Positions 1-13,397 of a DNA stretch of 64,000 nucleotides are shown piece by piece (position 1 is the first letter of the stretch; each line of letters begins with the position of its first letter). This DNA is from Chrysomallon squamiferum (taxonomy: Eukaryota > Animalia > Mollusca), in NCBI GenBank assembly GCA_012295275.1, contig CM022665.1, positions 41,726,001-41,790,000 of the forward strand, in the 5' to 3' direction. The position numbers and the translations under genes are program-made. The notes below the pieces were generated by a model. That model did no database searches. It was given only the letters and a program-made list of their open reading frames with translations, and had not been told where the DNA came from.

Positions 1-861
1 AAGAGGTATGTTGTTTTAAAGCTTTCGTACAATCACGTTGTTACTGATTCGTGTAAAACATTAAAAAAATATTATCATTTAAAAAACTAAAAAAAATGAA
101 AGAATACAAAAACGGGATAGAAATCTATACTCTTGTCAAAGTCTACATATATATGTGTGTGTGTGTGCGTGCGTGTGAGAAGGATAATGACAATAAATAA
201 ATAAATAAATAAAAAGAATAAAAAGGACATAAATATAAATAAATATGTAAATAAATGAAATTAAATAAATAAATAAATAAATAAATAAAATAAATAAAAA
301 AGGACATAAATATAAATAAATATGTAAATAAATGAAATTAAATAAATAAATAAATAAAAAGAATAAAAAAGGACATAAATATACAAAAAATAAAAATAAA
401 CAGACATAAATAAATAAATAAATAAATAAAAAAAAAAAAATAATGGGAGAAAACCAGATTGCATAATGTTGAAGTCACCCACAACAAAGTCAAAAAGAAT
501 GGATAGAGGAAGAAGAAAAAAAGAATAGACATGGATGACATATGAAAAAACAAACAAATAAGATAGAACCAGACAGATAGAAAGATACATTAAAGATGGA
601 TAGATGGGAACAAATAAACAGTCAGACAGATAAACAGATAAATAAATAAACAAACAGAAAGAAAATAAATAAATAAATGAATGAACAAAGAAACAAATAA
701 ACAAACAAAATAAATAAATAAATAAATAAAATAAAATAAAATAAAATAAATAAAATAAACTTCTCATAAAAATAATATATACGATGCGGAATGAAAAAAA
801 ATCTATCCGAATATTGTCAGCTTTGATAAACACTGTATTCAACTTAACATCAAATTCTCGG

Positions 862-906
<45 letters not shown>

Positions 907-1607
907 ATAAGGAACAGAAAGAGAAAAATGAAATCACACATATATATATAAAAAAAACCCATATTATCCTGTACAAGTTATTTCTTGCATAGATTACGGA
1001 TCTAAACGCGATTAAGTCGGCGAAATCCCGAAAGAACCCGAGTAAAAATCTATAAGTGTGTGTCTTCGCTGACTCTTGTTTAAAATAAATATTCCGTCAT
1101 TGCGGGAAGCTATCGGTTTACTTTTTCTCTTGTCGGAAGACAGGTGTAAAGATATATCAAATTACAGGTGAGTACTTGGCAGTTTGCATTCCTTGGCAAA
1201 TTACCTGTTGGCAGAAAACATACAGGTAAGTTGTTGTATGTCAATAGGCAGGTGAAAATCTGAAAGAAAGAAAGAAAGAAAAGAAAGAAAAAATAATTTT
1301 GCACATATTATTCATGCAATGATATTTCAGTGATAAATGTGTTGGAGGGTTTATAAATGATTGAGATTAATAATGTATGTGTGATGATGATGATGATGAT
1401 GATGATGATGACCTAATGATGAAGAAGAAGATGATGATGATAATGATGATGATGATAATAATAATAATGATGATGATGATGATGATGATGGTGATGGTAA
1501 TAATGATTCTACAACTATACTTCTAACAATGTTAATAAACAATTAAAAAGAAAAAATAATACAGACATTATTTAAAAAGTATAGGATCAACTTACGATAG
1601 AGACTAT

Positions 1608-1621
1608 TTGCGCATGCGCAA
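1608..1621. promoter_or_regulatory. Perfect palindrome TTGCGCATGCGCAA containing an NRF1/Ewg-type site
   Basis: Exact 14-bp palindrome containing TGCGCATGCGCA, followed by a partial CGCATGC at ~1629, in otherwise AT-rich sequence. Function is not shown. Confidence 0.4.
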
Positions 1622-1810
1622 TGGCGTACGCATGCTCACTGTGATAAACTAGTAACTAAATAATATTAACTAAATATAAAACTTTTTAATTTTTAAAATG
1701 TGTGAATTTCAAAGAACACGGTGTATGTTAAAAAAAATCAGTAATTAAAATCAATACCGCTAAAACAGGGCGACATTTTTGAAGATCTGGGATGTAATTA
1801 ATTTTCGAAC

Positions 1811-2007
1811 AAATGCGAGTCGTGACGTCCAAAAAAATGCGAACCGTGACGTCCAATAAAATGCGAACTGTGATGTCTGATAAAATGCGAACTGTGACGT
1901 CTAATAAAATGCGAACTGTGATGTCTGATAAAATGCGGACTGTGACGTCTAATAAAATGTTAACTGTGACGTCCAATAAAATGCGAACTTTGATGTCCAG
2001 TAAAATG
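1811..2007. repeat. 24-bp minisatellite, about 8 copies
   Basis: Unit ~AAAATGCGAACTGTGACGTCTAAT; translates as the 8-aa repeat MRTVTSNK in the ORF track. Confidence 0.95.
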
Positions 2008-2311
2008 AATCGTGATATATTTCAGCAGTAAAATCTTATAATGGTGTGTTCTTATAGAATCTATTGTTCATGAAATCGGATAATAATTCTTGAAACGGAA
2101 GCCTAGGAAAATATGTGTGTTGAATTTGTGTGAGTACAGCTTCTCTCAGACATTAAAAAAATAAATAAAAAAATAAATAAATAAAATAAGAATAAGAATA
2201 AGAGTAATTATTTTGCAGTTCTGAGCCTAATTTTTTAATGCCAAATTCGACATGGATTTCTAAGCTTATGTATTGTTGCAAGTTATATAGTGAAAAAAAA
2301 TGTCCATGTGC

Positions 2312-2349
<38 letters not shown>

Positions 2350-2375
2350 ATAATAATAATAATAATAAAAAATAA

Positions 2376-2414
<39 letters not shown>

Positions 2415-2963
2415 AACATGATCATCAACATCTTCACCACCATTAACAACAACAACAACAAGGATAAATAAATAAATAAATATATAAAACATCATCTGAA
2501 GGTCTGTGTCCACTGGAGTCATAAATAAAGTTAATTAAAAAAGCCATCGACTAATTTGTCCACGACTGCCGTACTTGAACTTGATCAGAGTATGGTGCTA
2601 CAGCAGGTCAGACTGGCTTCTAAAACGTGTGTAGGTGAAAGCAAAACGTCAGTGAAGCAATTGCCGACGTTATGAAATCTAAGCAACGCAGTTAAAATGT
2701 ACATTTGTTTTGCTAATGGGTTTTATTTGTCTCTCTCCGAACGCCCGCTTATAATTGTTAAAATATGAAAGTGAAATAAAAATCTCGGGCAGTCGAATGA
2801 TGTTTTTTCTCGACGTCATTACATACATCGACACGCAACAACAACAACAACAACAACAACAACATCCGTCCATGCCTGAATAAATTACCTCGAGATGACC
2901 ACACACACACACACATGTATATGCATGTATGTATGTATGTATATATGTATGTATGTATGTATG

Positions 2964-2997
<34 letters not shown>

Positions 2998-3081
2998 TGT
3001 ATGTATGTATGTATGTATGTATGTATCAACGTGCTACGTCTAATATACATAATACTTATCTTTAATTCAAACAAGCCGTTT

Positions 3082-3119
<38 letters not shown>

Positions 3120-4483
3120 TACGCACACCTCCTTCTTATTTTATTGCTGTATTTTATTATTACCATAATAAAATAACTTTAAATCTCAATATCTCACTTT
3201 ATATCATTTAATTTACCTTCTCCGGCTATTTGAATCATTGTGAATTGCAGGCCAAAGGTTCTAATGCAGCCTTTATTACGTCATCAAGGCAATTCTATGG
3301 AGGCCCATAATGACCATGTTCTCTATTTTAAACGTTTTATGTTTGATCTTTTAGTGCACTTTGTTCAGTCTTTCGCCGCGTGTCGAGCTTCGACATTTGA
3401 AAAGAAATTAACAGAGGATTCCTGTTTTTATTCATATCTTTGTACAAAAAGAGATTTTCTTCTTTTTTTCAAGTGGTTATTTCTGGACGTCAACTAGACA
3501 CGGGTCCAATTGATCACCTTGAAAAAAAAAACCGCGAAGTCTATTAAACGAAACGATATGTTGACGTTTTACACGCCATTTCCCCGGCGACTACAACGTC
3601 TCACACAATTATTTGTCGGTTACAGCTATGGGAGATTTATTATCGACACGTGATTAAGCTTTACAACTTCTGCACAACAGCAAGACGAATACGTACAGGC
3701 GAAACGAAAAGCGGACTGAGTGGTAACAAAGAACTCCTTTAGTGAGGCCTCGGGGAAGTGATACAATTAAATTAGTATATATTCATCGACCTTTGACATC
3801 CAATACTCGTAGTGTATATATTAGTAATTTTTATAATGCAAGAGCTATTTTGAAAAAAAAAAAAGAAAAAGAAAAGCGTCACGCAATGGCATACCGGGAT
3901 ATTTTTTAAACAGTTGGTTTTGGCCATGTCGGATCCACTGAAGATTTCTTCTGCTACCATCAGGACATTTGCGTCTTGTAGAAGAAGTACTACGGTAAGG
4001 TCGTTTTGATAAACAAGAAATTTCGCCTTCAATGTAAATAATAATTTGATATTCAGTGACGTGCTGTTGTTACAAAAAACCAAGATATTTATTCTAGAAT
4101 TTGAACAAAAACCAAGAAATTTTTTTTTTTTTTCACTTCTGCAACGTTACCAGTGAGAGCACTGAAACAATTGGTTGTTTTTACGTTTTTCAGTCGCAGA
4201 ACCACGACACATTTCAAAATAATGTGAATGTATTTGGAGACTTATAACTTGTATTTCAAGGATTGAGTTAGTCTTTTTGGGGTTTGTTGTTAAAAATATA
4301 AAACATTACTGTAAAACCTAGAACATAGTCTTTCGTGGTTTGCTATGAATTAAAAATGTTAGTTGCAGGTTCAGACTTACAAGGTTGTTTCAAAACTTCT
4401 AAAAGTATTGATCTCAAAATAAAATTCAACATTTCAAGTATTTTCATCTCCCTACCTATTCCTATTTCCGACAGAAAACACCC

Positions 4484-4519
<36 letters not shown>

Positions 4520-4726
4520 CTCTTACGCTCGCTAAAACAGCCACTAAGTGTTATGTATAAATATAATTTGACAGCGTACTCGAATTAATGCTCTGCTTAA
4601 CAATGGAATAAGGAGACGTTTTTAACGAGAATAAAATGCATTTTGCTGGTGAATCGCTCTCGTTGGGTCCTGAAACTTTAAACTAAAACGCTCAGCTTTG
4701 GACACCGACATTTTACTGGTGCTTAA

Positions 4727-5110
4727 ATGCTCGCCTCAGGTTCAGTGATATTTTATTGGTATAGTGCTCGCCTTCGTTATAATGATATTTTATTGGTTTA
4801 GTGCTCGCCTTCGCTTTAATGATATTTTATTGGTATAGTGCTCACCTTCGTTATAATGATATTTTACTATATAGTGCTCACCTTCGTTATAATGATATTT
4901 TACTATATAGTTCTCACCTTCGTTATAATGATATTTTACTATATAGTTCTCACCTTCGTTATAATGATATTTTACTGTATTAGTGCTCACCTTCGTTATT
5001 ATGATATTTTACTGTATTAGTGCTCACCTTCGTTATTTTGATATTTTTACTGTATTAGTGCTCACCTTCGTTATTATGATATTTTACTGGTATAGTGCTC
5101 GCCTTCGATA
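4727..5110. repeat. ~36-bp minisatellite, about 10 copies
   Basis: Unit ~GTGCTCACCTTCGTTATAATGATATTTTACTATATA; 12-aa periodicity in the overlapping ORFs. Confidence 0.95.
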
Positions 5111-5440
5111 CAGTTCTGTTAGACTGGTTTTGATAATATTTTACTGGTTGAGGATTTTCCTTATTCTACAGAAAATAGTTCTTTCGAGACACCATCCTTC
5201 CTTCTTTGTGAGTTACTCATTATTTACCATTCCAACATGTACTCACTCCTTTGATAGCTTTCAGCTGAATATTTTTGCGTTCTTATCTATATTTTTGTAA
5301 ACGTTATATTTAAAAAAATAATAATAATAAAAAAATAAACACATAAAAAAACCCAAAAAAACCCCAAACAATTATTTTATTAATCGAGATGTAAAGACTG
5401 ACGCTATTATTACAAGAAATTATATTCCATACAGTGTATT

Positions 5441-5476
<36 letters not shown>

Positions 5477-5554
5477 CGTGTTCGTTAAACAAACATTCAT
5501 TCGCTTGAGCCTGTCTATCGCTGGTATTATTATCATTCAAATTTCTTGCTACAG

Positions 5555-5657
5555 ATATTACACGGAGGGCTTAACTTTGAAGTTACCCATTCTTTAAAGT
5601 TAAGACTACGTAACGTATTTAATCAACGAGGTGAAAGAAAAAGGGGGAGTGGCTGAG
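5555..5657 (+). other. Candidate 5' UTR exon (103 nt) of the 8081-9292 gene
   Basis: Acceptor TTTCTTGCTACAG ending 5554 and consensus donor GAG|GTAAGT at 5658. It contains no ATG and has a stop in the frame of the downstream CDS. Confidence 0.45.
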
Positions 5658-6786
5658 GTAAGTGTCTATTGTACTCCACGTTATAAATTTACACCGTGTC
5701 CTTTGCACAGCGGAATAGTGCAGACGAATCCCTTGCATTAAACATTTTCTAAATACCTGTTCGATGTATAAATGTGCGGGTAATTATCATCTGACAAAAC
5801 CTCAGAGGTTGTTTACCTTTGATGTGTTGCGACAACCAGTCTGTGTATTTCCATGTAATTGTTACGTTTATATGGGTTATCGATGTTTCCTAATAATAAA
5901 GGATGAACAGTGAAGTAACGAGTTCGTGTGTGTGTGTGTGTGTTTGTGGGTGTGGGGGGTTTAGCGGTTATTTTTCGCTTTAGTGACGTCAGTTCGTAGA
6001 TAGGAAAGAAAAAAAGCAACAGACAGACACAGACTCAATCCAACCATAAAATCCATTTAGTCAAATAAGACGGAAAATGAGCAGACTGTCAGTGAGATAT
6101 AAAACATGAAGATTTATCTATTGTAGAATCAGCTTTAGTCATATTTCAGGATCGTACTCTCACATGAATAATGTGTGTGTGTGTGTGTGTATGTGTGAGT
6201 ATATGTACGTGTATGTTCTTGTGTGTGTGTGTTTGTGTGCGTCTACATGCTTATGTTGTCAAGACCACAACGTTATGTCAATTTATTAAAACCACAACAA
6301 ACCACTAAAAAGCAAACAAACAAAACTCCAAACAAACAAGCAAACAAAATCACAACAAATACAAACAGTTACGTTATAGGAATGTGAACCACTAGTCTAA
6401 AATTCTTATTTACCATTATACTTTAATAAACATGTTTAATGCAAACTTTCTTTTATAATATACACTCACATTACGTACGAATGTAGAATGAAGGGAAAGA
6501 GTCAACATATTTCCAAAACTACCCTAGAATCGTTTCATCTGTTGTTATTAATATAAAAGTAAATAAAACTGGTTACAAAAAAAAAAAAAAAAAAAAAAAA
6601 AGAAAAAAAGAAGGTGAATAGAAACTGAACTAAATAATTAAGTGAAATAATATATTGTGATGGAAAACGTACGGTTTAAGCATATTAATATTATTCAGTA
6701 TTGCAAATCCAACACAAATTACAATAAATAATAATAAATAGAAAAGAATAAAGAAATTAAATGAAATAATAATAATGATGATCATG

Positions 6787-6875
<89 letters not shown>

Positions 6876-8080
6876 CAAAAAGGAGCAAATGCATGAATGA
6901 ATGAATATAAACAGAAGAATATAAAATAAATAAAAATAAAAATCAGGAAGACGCAAAGATAAAGAAAAGCTAAACATGACTAAACAAGACTAAGGAAAAG
7001 AGTGAAGTAATAAAATATTAATCTAACACACACAGAGAAAGATTCTTTACGATTTTAGAACACACAACAATAAAAGCAACTGTGCTCTTTGTGTGAAATT
7101 TGATATACTTATCACAACAATGTCTTTAGAACATGAAAACCGCTGAAGACTTTTATAACATGCAGTTTATATAATTAACACATTTTTATTTATTTATTTT
7201 TTTTTTTCAAGAAAAATATTTGCACCTGCTAAGAAGAATTTGTATAAAAACAAATTTATAACTTTTTAGCCATAAGGGTACGAATCAGCAAACATGCACA
7301 CATTATACATACACGTGCTTACGTAACATGTGCGTGTCCACAGGTCAGTATATATATATATATATGTGTACTCATGCACAGACGTACGGATGTGTGTTTG
7401 TATGTCTGGTTTATTTGTGTGTACAGTAAGCGGGTGTCTTCTCGTGTACTCACATTTAAAAAAAAAAAAAATAATGGGTTTTGAATCCATCCTGTTATAA
7501 TTTTATACCCTGTATGAACTTTCTTTCATTTTGTTTCTTCCTGCATTGTATTTATTATCACCACGAGTGACTTCCATGTATCTTGCTTATGTCAGAGTAT
7601 ACACAAAATAAACATTGCTTATAATATCTGATAAGAATAATTAATACAAAGACAAGAGCTTCTTCCTCATTTTATCTCTGTTTTTTTTTTTTTTTTTTCC
7701 TTTCCTGTTTTTTTAAAACTTATTTTCAGATGGAACGTTTATATAAATGTTTGCATTGATGGAATATATATATATATATATATATGCATTATATATATAT
7801 ATATATATATATATACATACATACATACATACATATATATATATATACATATACATACATAAATACATAAATATATATATATATATATAGATATAGATAT
7901 ACATACATACATACATATATATATACATATACATATACACACACACACATATATATATACACACACACACACACACGCACATATATTTGTTTATAACTGT
8001 TGATATCACAGTATGTTGAACTATCAAGGGGACAAACAAATATTGACTCATTTTTACTGTAACGTTTCAGCTACACCAAA

Positions 8081-9292
8081 ATGACGTCGGATATGTCTAT
8101 GACGGAGCGACTGATGCGACACAAGAACAGGATTCTGCAGCGACAGCTGAACGTGAAGCTGACGATACTGGAGAACGAACACAAGACGACTCAGAAGGAA
8201 ATTTTGGAGTCTCAGAGAGACTGCAGTTTCTTTCTTCACAACCTCTCCAGCACCTGGGTGGGGCTTGAGCAGTACGACCAACCAGATACACGGGCGATGA
8301 CGAAAGACTCCAGACTGAAGGACAGACGAATATCCATGATGTCCAGTGAAACCAGCAGCAGCAGCAACAACAACAACAACAACAACAACAACGGCCCATA
8401 TCGAGGAGAAGACGTAATTTCAGGGATTCCGCGGTCAAGAAGCTACATCGATAACGCCGGATTTTCTTTTCCTGACCAGAAAGGGGAGAATATAACAACG
8501 TGTCTGAACGTTCTTGATGAAATACTGCAGAGTTACTCGAAAGGGCGAAGGAAGCAAGAACGCCGTAGAAAGATAGGAGTTGTAGCTAAGCCCGATGTCG
8601 GTGCGGTCAGTTCCGAAGGGAGGAAATTAAACGGTAATGTTAGCGGGGAGAGTCGCGATCCAAATAACAACAAGACTGCTTCTGATCGTAACGTGAACTG
8701 TAATAACAGCGAACGCAGAGTCACCCTAGTCACCGACACGCAGCTTCTTCAGCTGAGGAGTAAAAAACGACCTAATCTAGTCGACGGCGAGAAAACGACT
8801 CACAGAAACGGACCGGTGCTTCTTGCGCAAAGATCACGCGACGGGCCGATAAAAGGAATTTTGCTGCCTCGTCCTCAGACCGTGTCTCAAGAACGGTTTA
8901 CAAATTCAGGAACCTTGTCAAATATTCTTAGCAGTAACGTAACTCTGCTGCGTCCACAAACCGCGGCGACTCTTCGTAGGTGTTCGATTTTTGTCCGAAC
9001 GCCCACGAACACGACATGGATGCAGAGACGAGCGGTTATGCCCGATCCGTATCCGCCTCTTCCCGGAGAAGATTATGGACGGAAACGACCGAAGACGGCT
9101 CCGACTAAATACGAATTATACGGCCGATCTCCGGCAGTTTCTCGACAGACGGTTGCGGGTATTATGGCCGAAGTTCACAGCAGATGCGCAGAAACACGGC
9201 GACATTTAAAACACAGCAAAAGCATCAAAAATTATGTTAAAAATCTTCATCGACCAGATACAGCACGAAGCGTGGAACTCATTGATGAATAA
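8081..9292 (+). CDS. Uncharacterised 403-aa protein: N-terminal coiled coil, basic disordered C-terminal region with RPxT[A/V] motifs
   Basis: A 1212-nt complex ORF, clearly more GC-rich than its flanks. ATG context is CAAAATG, with a splice acceptor (TTTTTACTGTAACGTTTCAG) ending at 8070 and AATAAA at 9332-9337. Residues ~8-46 (ERLMRHKNRILQRQLNVKLTILENEHKTTQKEILESQRD) show heptad-like periodicity. Confidence 0.8.
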   Translation: MTSDMSMTERLMRHKNRILQRQLNVKLTILENEHKTTQKEILESQRDCSFFLHNLSSTWVGLEQYDQPDTRAMTKDSRLKDRRISMMSSETSSSSNNNNNNNNNGPYRGEDVISGIPRSRSYIDNAGFSFPDQKGENITTCLNVLDEILQSYSKGRRKQERRRKIGVVAKPDVGAVSSEGRKLNGNVSGESRDPNNNKTASDRNVNCNNSERRVTLVTDTQLLQLRSKKRPNLVDGEKTTHRNGPVLLAQRSRDGPIKGILLPRPQTVSQERFTNSGTLSNILSSNVTLLRPQTAATLRRCSIFVRTPTNTTWMQRRAVMPDPYPPLPGEDYGRKRPKTAPTKYELYGRSPAVSRQTVAGIMAEVHSRCAETRRHLKHSKSIKNYVKNLHRPDTARSVELIDE

Positions 9293-9331
9293 CGTACTAT
9301 TAAAAATGCTCTGTCTTTATTTATTATTACG

Positions 9332-9337
9332 AATAAA
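9332..9337 (+). terminator. Candidate polyadenylation signal of the 403-aa gene
   Basis: AATAAA 40 nt after the TAA stop, followed by T-rich sequence. Confidence 0.5.
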
Positions 9338-9761
9338 TTAATATATTGATTTGTTCCATTCTTTTTTTTTTTTTTTTTACATGTGAAAAAATTGAAGCTG
9401 AGCATCTTTTATCACACATGCACACACTCTCTGTCTCTTCCCGACAGTACTATAGTGAAGGGAGATAACTGAGATGACCCGAAGACTTTGCGTCAACTGT
9501 GTTATCTCCCTTGATACAAGTAGCAATATTGTACATTCATATGTACGTATTTAAATGTAAAACGGAATTATTTATCAGTGAATTTCAGAGCTGTTTTCTA
9601 AGGTAAGCTTTTTTAAATGAGGAACATCGACGATGCATTTATAAAGAACTTCGACATTGTTTTTAGGAAGAAGAAGACTGGAAGTTCAGCAACTTAAGAA
9701 TCTAACTGAGCCATGGAAATACAATTAAATATTAAGAACTGCAAAAAGTACTATCTACTAT

Positions 9762-9815
<54 letters not shown>

Positions 9816-10359
9816 TATATACAACAACAATAAAAACAAGAACAACAGTTCCAGAATATTTAAATATATATATATATATATATATATATAAGAAAGTATG
9901 ATATATATAAATATAAATAATGTAAAATCTTTAAACATTGATTAACCAAGATATATCATACAGGGAAATAACTCATATCATAACAGAATGTAACGCACAC
10001 CGTTACGTCCCTTTACTTTCTACAGAACGATCTGATTCCCCTGCCCTTGTTTTCCTCCTCCTCCTTCTTCTTCCTCTTCTTTTTTTTTTTTTTTTTTTTT
10101 CTTGTCCTACTGATTATTTGGTCTTTGTCTTCTTCGTTCTTGTTCTTTCACGTTTTTTTTTTATCACGTTCTTCAATTAATGAATCAGTTAGTCTTAATC
10201 GTGAGTAAAATGGTGCCTGTTCGTGCTCTAAGTTTAAATAACACAGACCTGTAAAATCCCGGAACGAAATATCAGTGAGACAAACAGTGATGATTGACAA
10301 CGAATAAAATAATATTTCAGTGCCAAATTAACGTCTTGTTTTTTCGGCTTTGGGGCCAA

Positions 10360-10411
<52 letters not shown>

Positions 10412-11317
10412 TTATAAAAAAATAAAAAAATTAAACTAATTAAAAAAAAATATTTATGAGTTTATTTTTAATTAGTTATTTTTCTTATTAATGTTGTTGT
10501 TGTTGTTCTTCTTCTTCTTATTATTATTATTACTACAGTCACAATCTCAACGAATGATTAACTGACGGTTGAAAAACAACATATCTAAAATAACTTTCAT
10601 TACGTTTGAATCATACGAATTCGTCAAAACAACCGACTGACGTCATTCTGCTGTCTCTTTCTTACAAATTAACAGCAAAAGAAAACGTTCATAAAACACC
10701 TTCCCATACACAGGAAAACAGTCACCGCCATGTTTAACAAACCAGCCACTGGAGCGCGGGTGTCAAACAGAAACAAAATCCACGGGCCGAGCGAAAAGAA
10801 TCGATCTTTTCTTTATCAGCCATAAACAAAGACAAGCAAAACTGTCACACTGTCATTAAACCTGAAAATTTATTTTTCTTACTCCGTGTTCAGTTTCAGT
10901 GTAACCTTAAGATAAATTTACCGTGTGTTCCCATCACGGATTCAACGAGCAAGGTTTGGTCAATAGATTGATCTTTCCGTCTGTCTGTCTGCCAGTGTAT
11001 CTGACAGGGTTAATGATCCAGTAAATGATTTGGAAATTAGGGATACAGTAATACGTGTGTGACCCTTTTTTTTTTTTTTTGTCGTTTACGAAAGTGATGT
11101 GGGTCATGAATTCGTGGCAACGGAGCAAATTTCTTTTGTTTTGGGGTGTTTTTTTATTATTATTATTGCTCAAAGCAAAATGAACTGAAAATAACTGAAA
11201 AATTAAATAAATAATATAATATAATAAAATAAAAATATAAAAATAAAATAGTAAAATAAATAAAAAAATAAAATAAAATAAAATAAAATAATAAAATAAT
11301 GAAAAATATTAATAGAT

Positions 11318-11348
<31 letters not shown>

Positions 11349-11415
11349 GGATAGATAGATAAATAAATAAGAATGACAAATCCTGTGAATGAGAAATGAA
11401 ACAAGGTTACAAAAG

Positions 11416-11515
<100 letters not shown>

Positions 11516-11774
11516 AGTAATAACAGGAAATAAGTAACGAACATATTCATCAATTCAGTTTCTGAGCAAATAAAAAAAAAGCAAATATTTTTTACAATAA
11601 AAATACACTTTTAGAATTCTTTGCACATAAAACGGTAATCTCTTCTCTTCAAGTTTTATAAACTGCTAGAGTTTACATATAAGAATCGTGTTATTAATAG
11701 CTTGCTGATTGAATAGTTTTCATTTCTGAATTTTTTTCTAGTATTCACTGCAGCGAAAAACGAAATAAATAAAA

Positions 11775-11805
<31 letters not shown>

Positions 11806-12519
11806 ATGAAAACAAAACTAAACTAAACTAACCTAAACTAAACTAAACTAAACTAAACTAAAATAAAATAAATCAAAATTAAATTAAATTAAATTAAATT
11901 AAATAAAAAAAAAAATAAAAAAAAAAATCACACCAAAGATACATATAACAAAACAACACAACACAAAACAACTAAACAAAACACAAAACAAAACACAAAA
12001 CACAAAACACAAAAACACAAAAAAACACAAAACGAAATTAAATAAAAAACCGGGGGAGCAAAAAAAAAAAAAAAAAATTCACAAAAATGGAAAACCAAAC
12101 GACACGAAGGTTTTTCCCCCCATTTTGTTGTTGATATCAGTTAGCGAGATCTTTATCCTCCCTGGTAAACAGACAGAGATCTGGATTCTGCAGTGTTTAG
12201 CATTTTCACCCACAGATACATATTTGCTAGATGTTATGGCCACACAAATGGTATTTGGGACCATCAAGAACCGCTACAGGCAAAAGCCCTACCTTCAATA
12301 TTTATTATACTTGCGTGCAGCATGGGCCTGCATACAATCAGCGGTTCGTTTTGTTTATGAAAATAAAAGTAATGTACTAACATACGTTCTTTGTGTGTAC
12401 GTCTGTTTGGAAAGGATGTGTAAACACACACGTATTCCTACACACATAGGGGAGAAGAGAACTGCATGGTTTTTTTTTTTTTTTTTTTTTGTTTAAAAAA
12501 GCTGATTTGTTAAAAAAGG

Positions 12520-12569
<50 letters not shown>

Positions 12570-12662
12570 AAAAGAAGAAGAAAAAAGAGGAATGAAATGA
12601 TTAAAATTTTGGTCTTTTGATCGAAGTGAGTGTTGTCTAATGAATATGTGTGTGTATTTATA

Positions 12663-13144
12663 GGGGTAAGGAAAAAATGGTACTGGGAAAAATGGCACCG
12701 GGGAAAAAATGGCACCGGAAAAGATGGTACTCGGAAAAAATGGCACCCGGAAGAAATGGCACTGTACACATTTTGAAAAAAAATGGCACTGTGCACATTT
12801 GGGATAAATGGCACCATATTTATTTTTTCGGTATAGTTGCTTTGATAAACAAATTTAAAAGTATACTCAGCACTCAATATTAAACTCTGATATAATACTG
12901 TACTTAGTTAAGCAAAACCAAGTGGCTGAATGATGCTATATATTAATATACATGTATGTAACAATATTGCATAAATAAACTGTATTTTCAAAAAGTACTT
13001 TTAAGTGTTTTTTTTAAAGCAGCTATACAAAGAAAAAATAAATAAGGTGCCATTTTTTTTCCAAATCTGCACAGTGCCATTTCTTCCGGGTGCCATTTGT
13101 TTTCCCGGTGGCATTGTTTTCAAGTGCCATTTTTTCCTACAACC
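12663..13144. mobile_element. Non-autonomous foldback/MITE-like DNA element with repetitive inverted termini
   Basis: Left arm GGGGTAAGGAAAAAATGG followed by tandem AAAATGGCAC units. The right arm is the imperfect reverse complement (GTGCCATTTT units ending CCATTTTTTCCTACAACC). AT-rich non-coding core; no clear TSD. Confidence 0.8.
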
Positions 13145-13279
13145 GTATGTATGGACGTACTCGAGCATCTGTGTACGCATGCAAACATATGTATGTATGT
13201 ATGTATGTATGTATACATGAATGTTTGTATATATGTATATATATATATATGTATGATTGTGCGTCTGTGTGCATATTAT

Positions 13280-13397
13280 TTTTTTTTTAAAGCAACTATA
13301 CAGAAAAAAATAAATAAGGTATCATTTTTTCCAGGTGCCATTTTTTCCGATGCCATTTTTTCCGATGCCATTTTTAATGTGCCATTTTTCCTACACC
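13280..13397. mobile_element. Second right-hand arm of the same foldback/MITE family
   Basis: AAAGCAACTATACAG..AAATAAATAAGGT followed by TGCCATTTTT units ending CCTACACC, parallel to 13010-13144. Confidence 0.7.

Noticed and set aside
8054-8739. Antisense ORFs over the 403-aa gene
   Set aside because: Short shadows, partly translated (TTG/CTG)n repeats.
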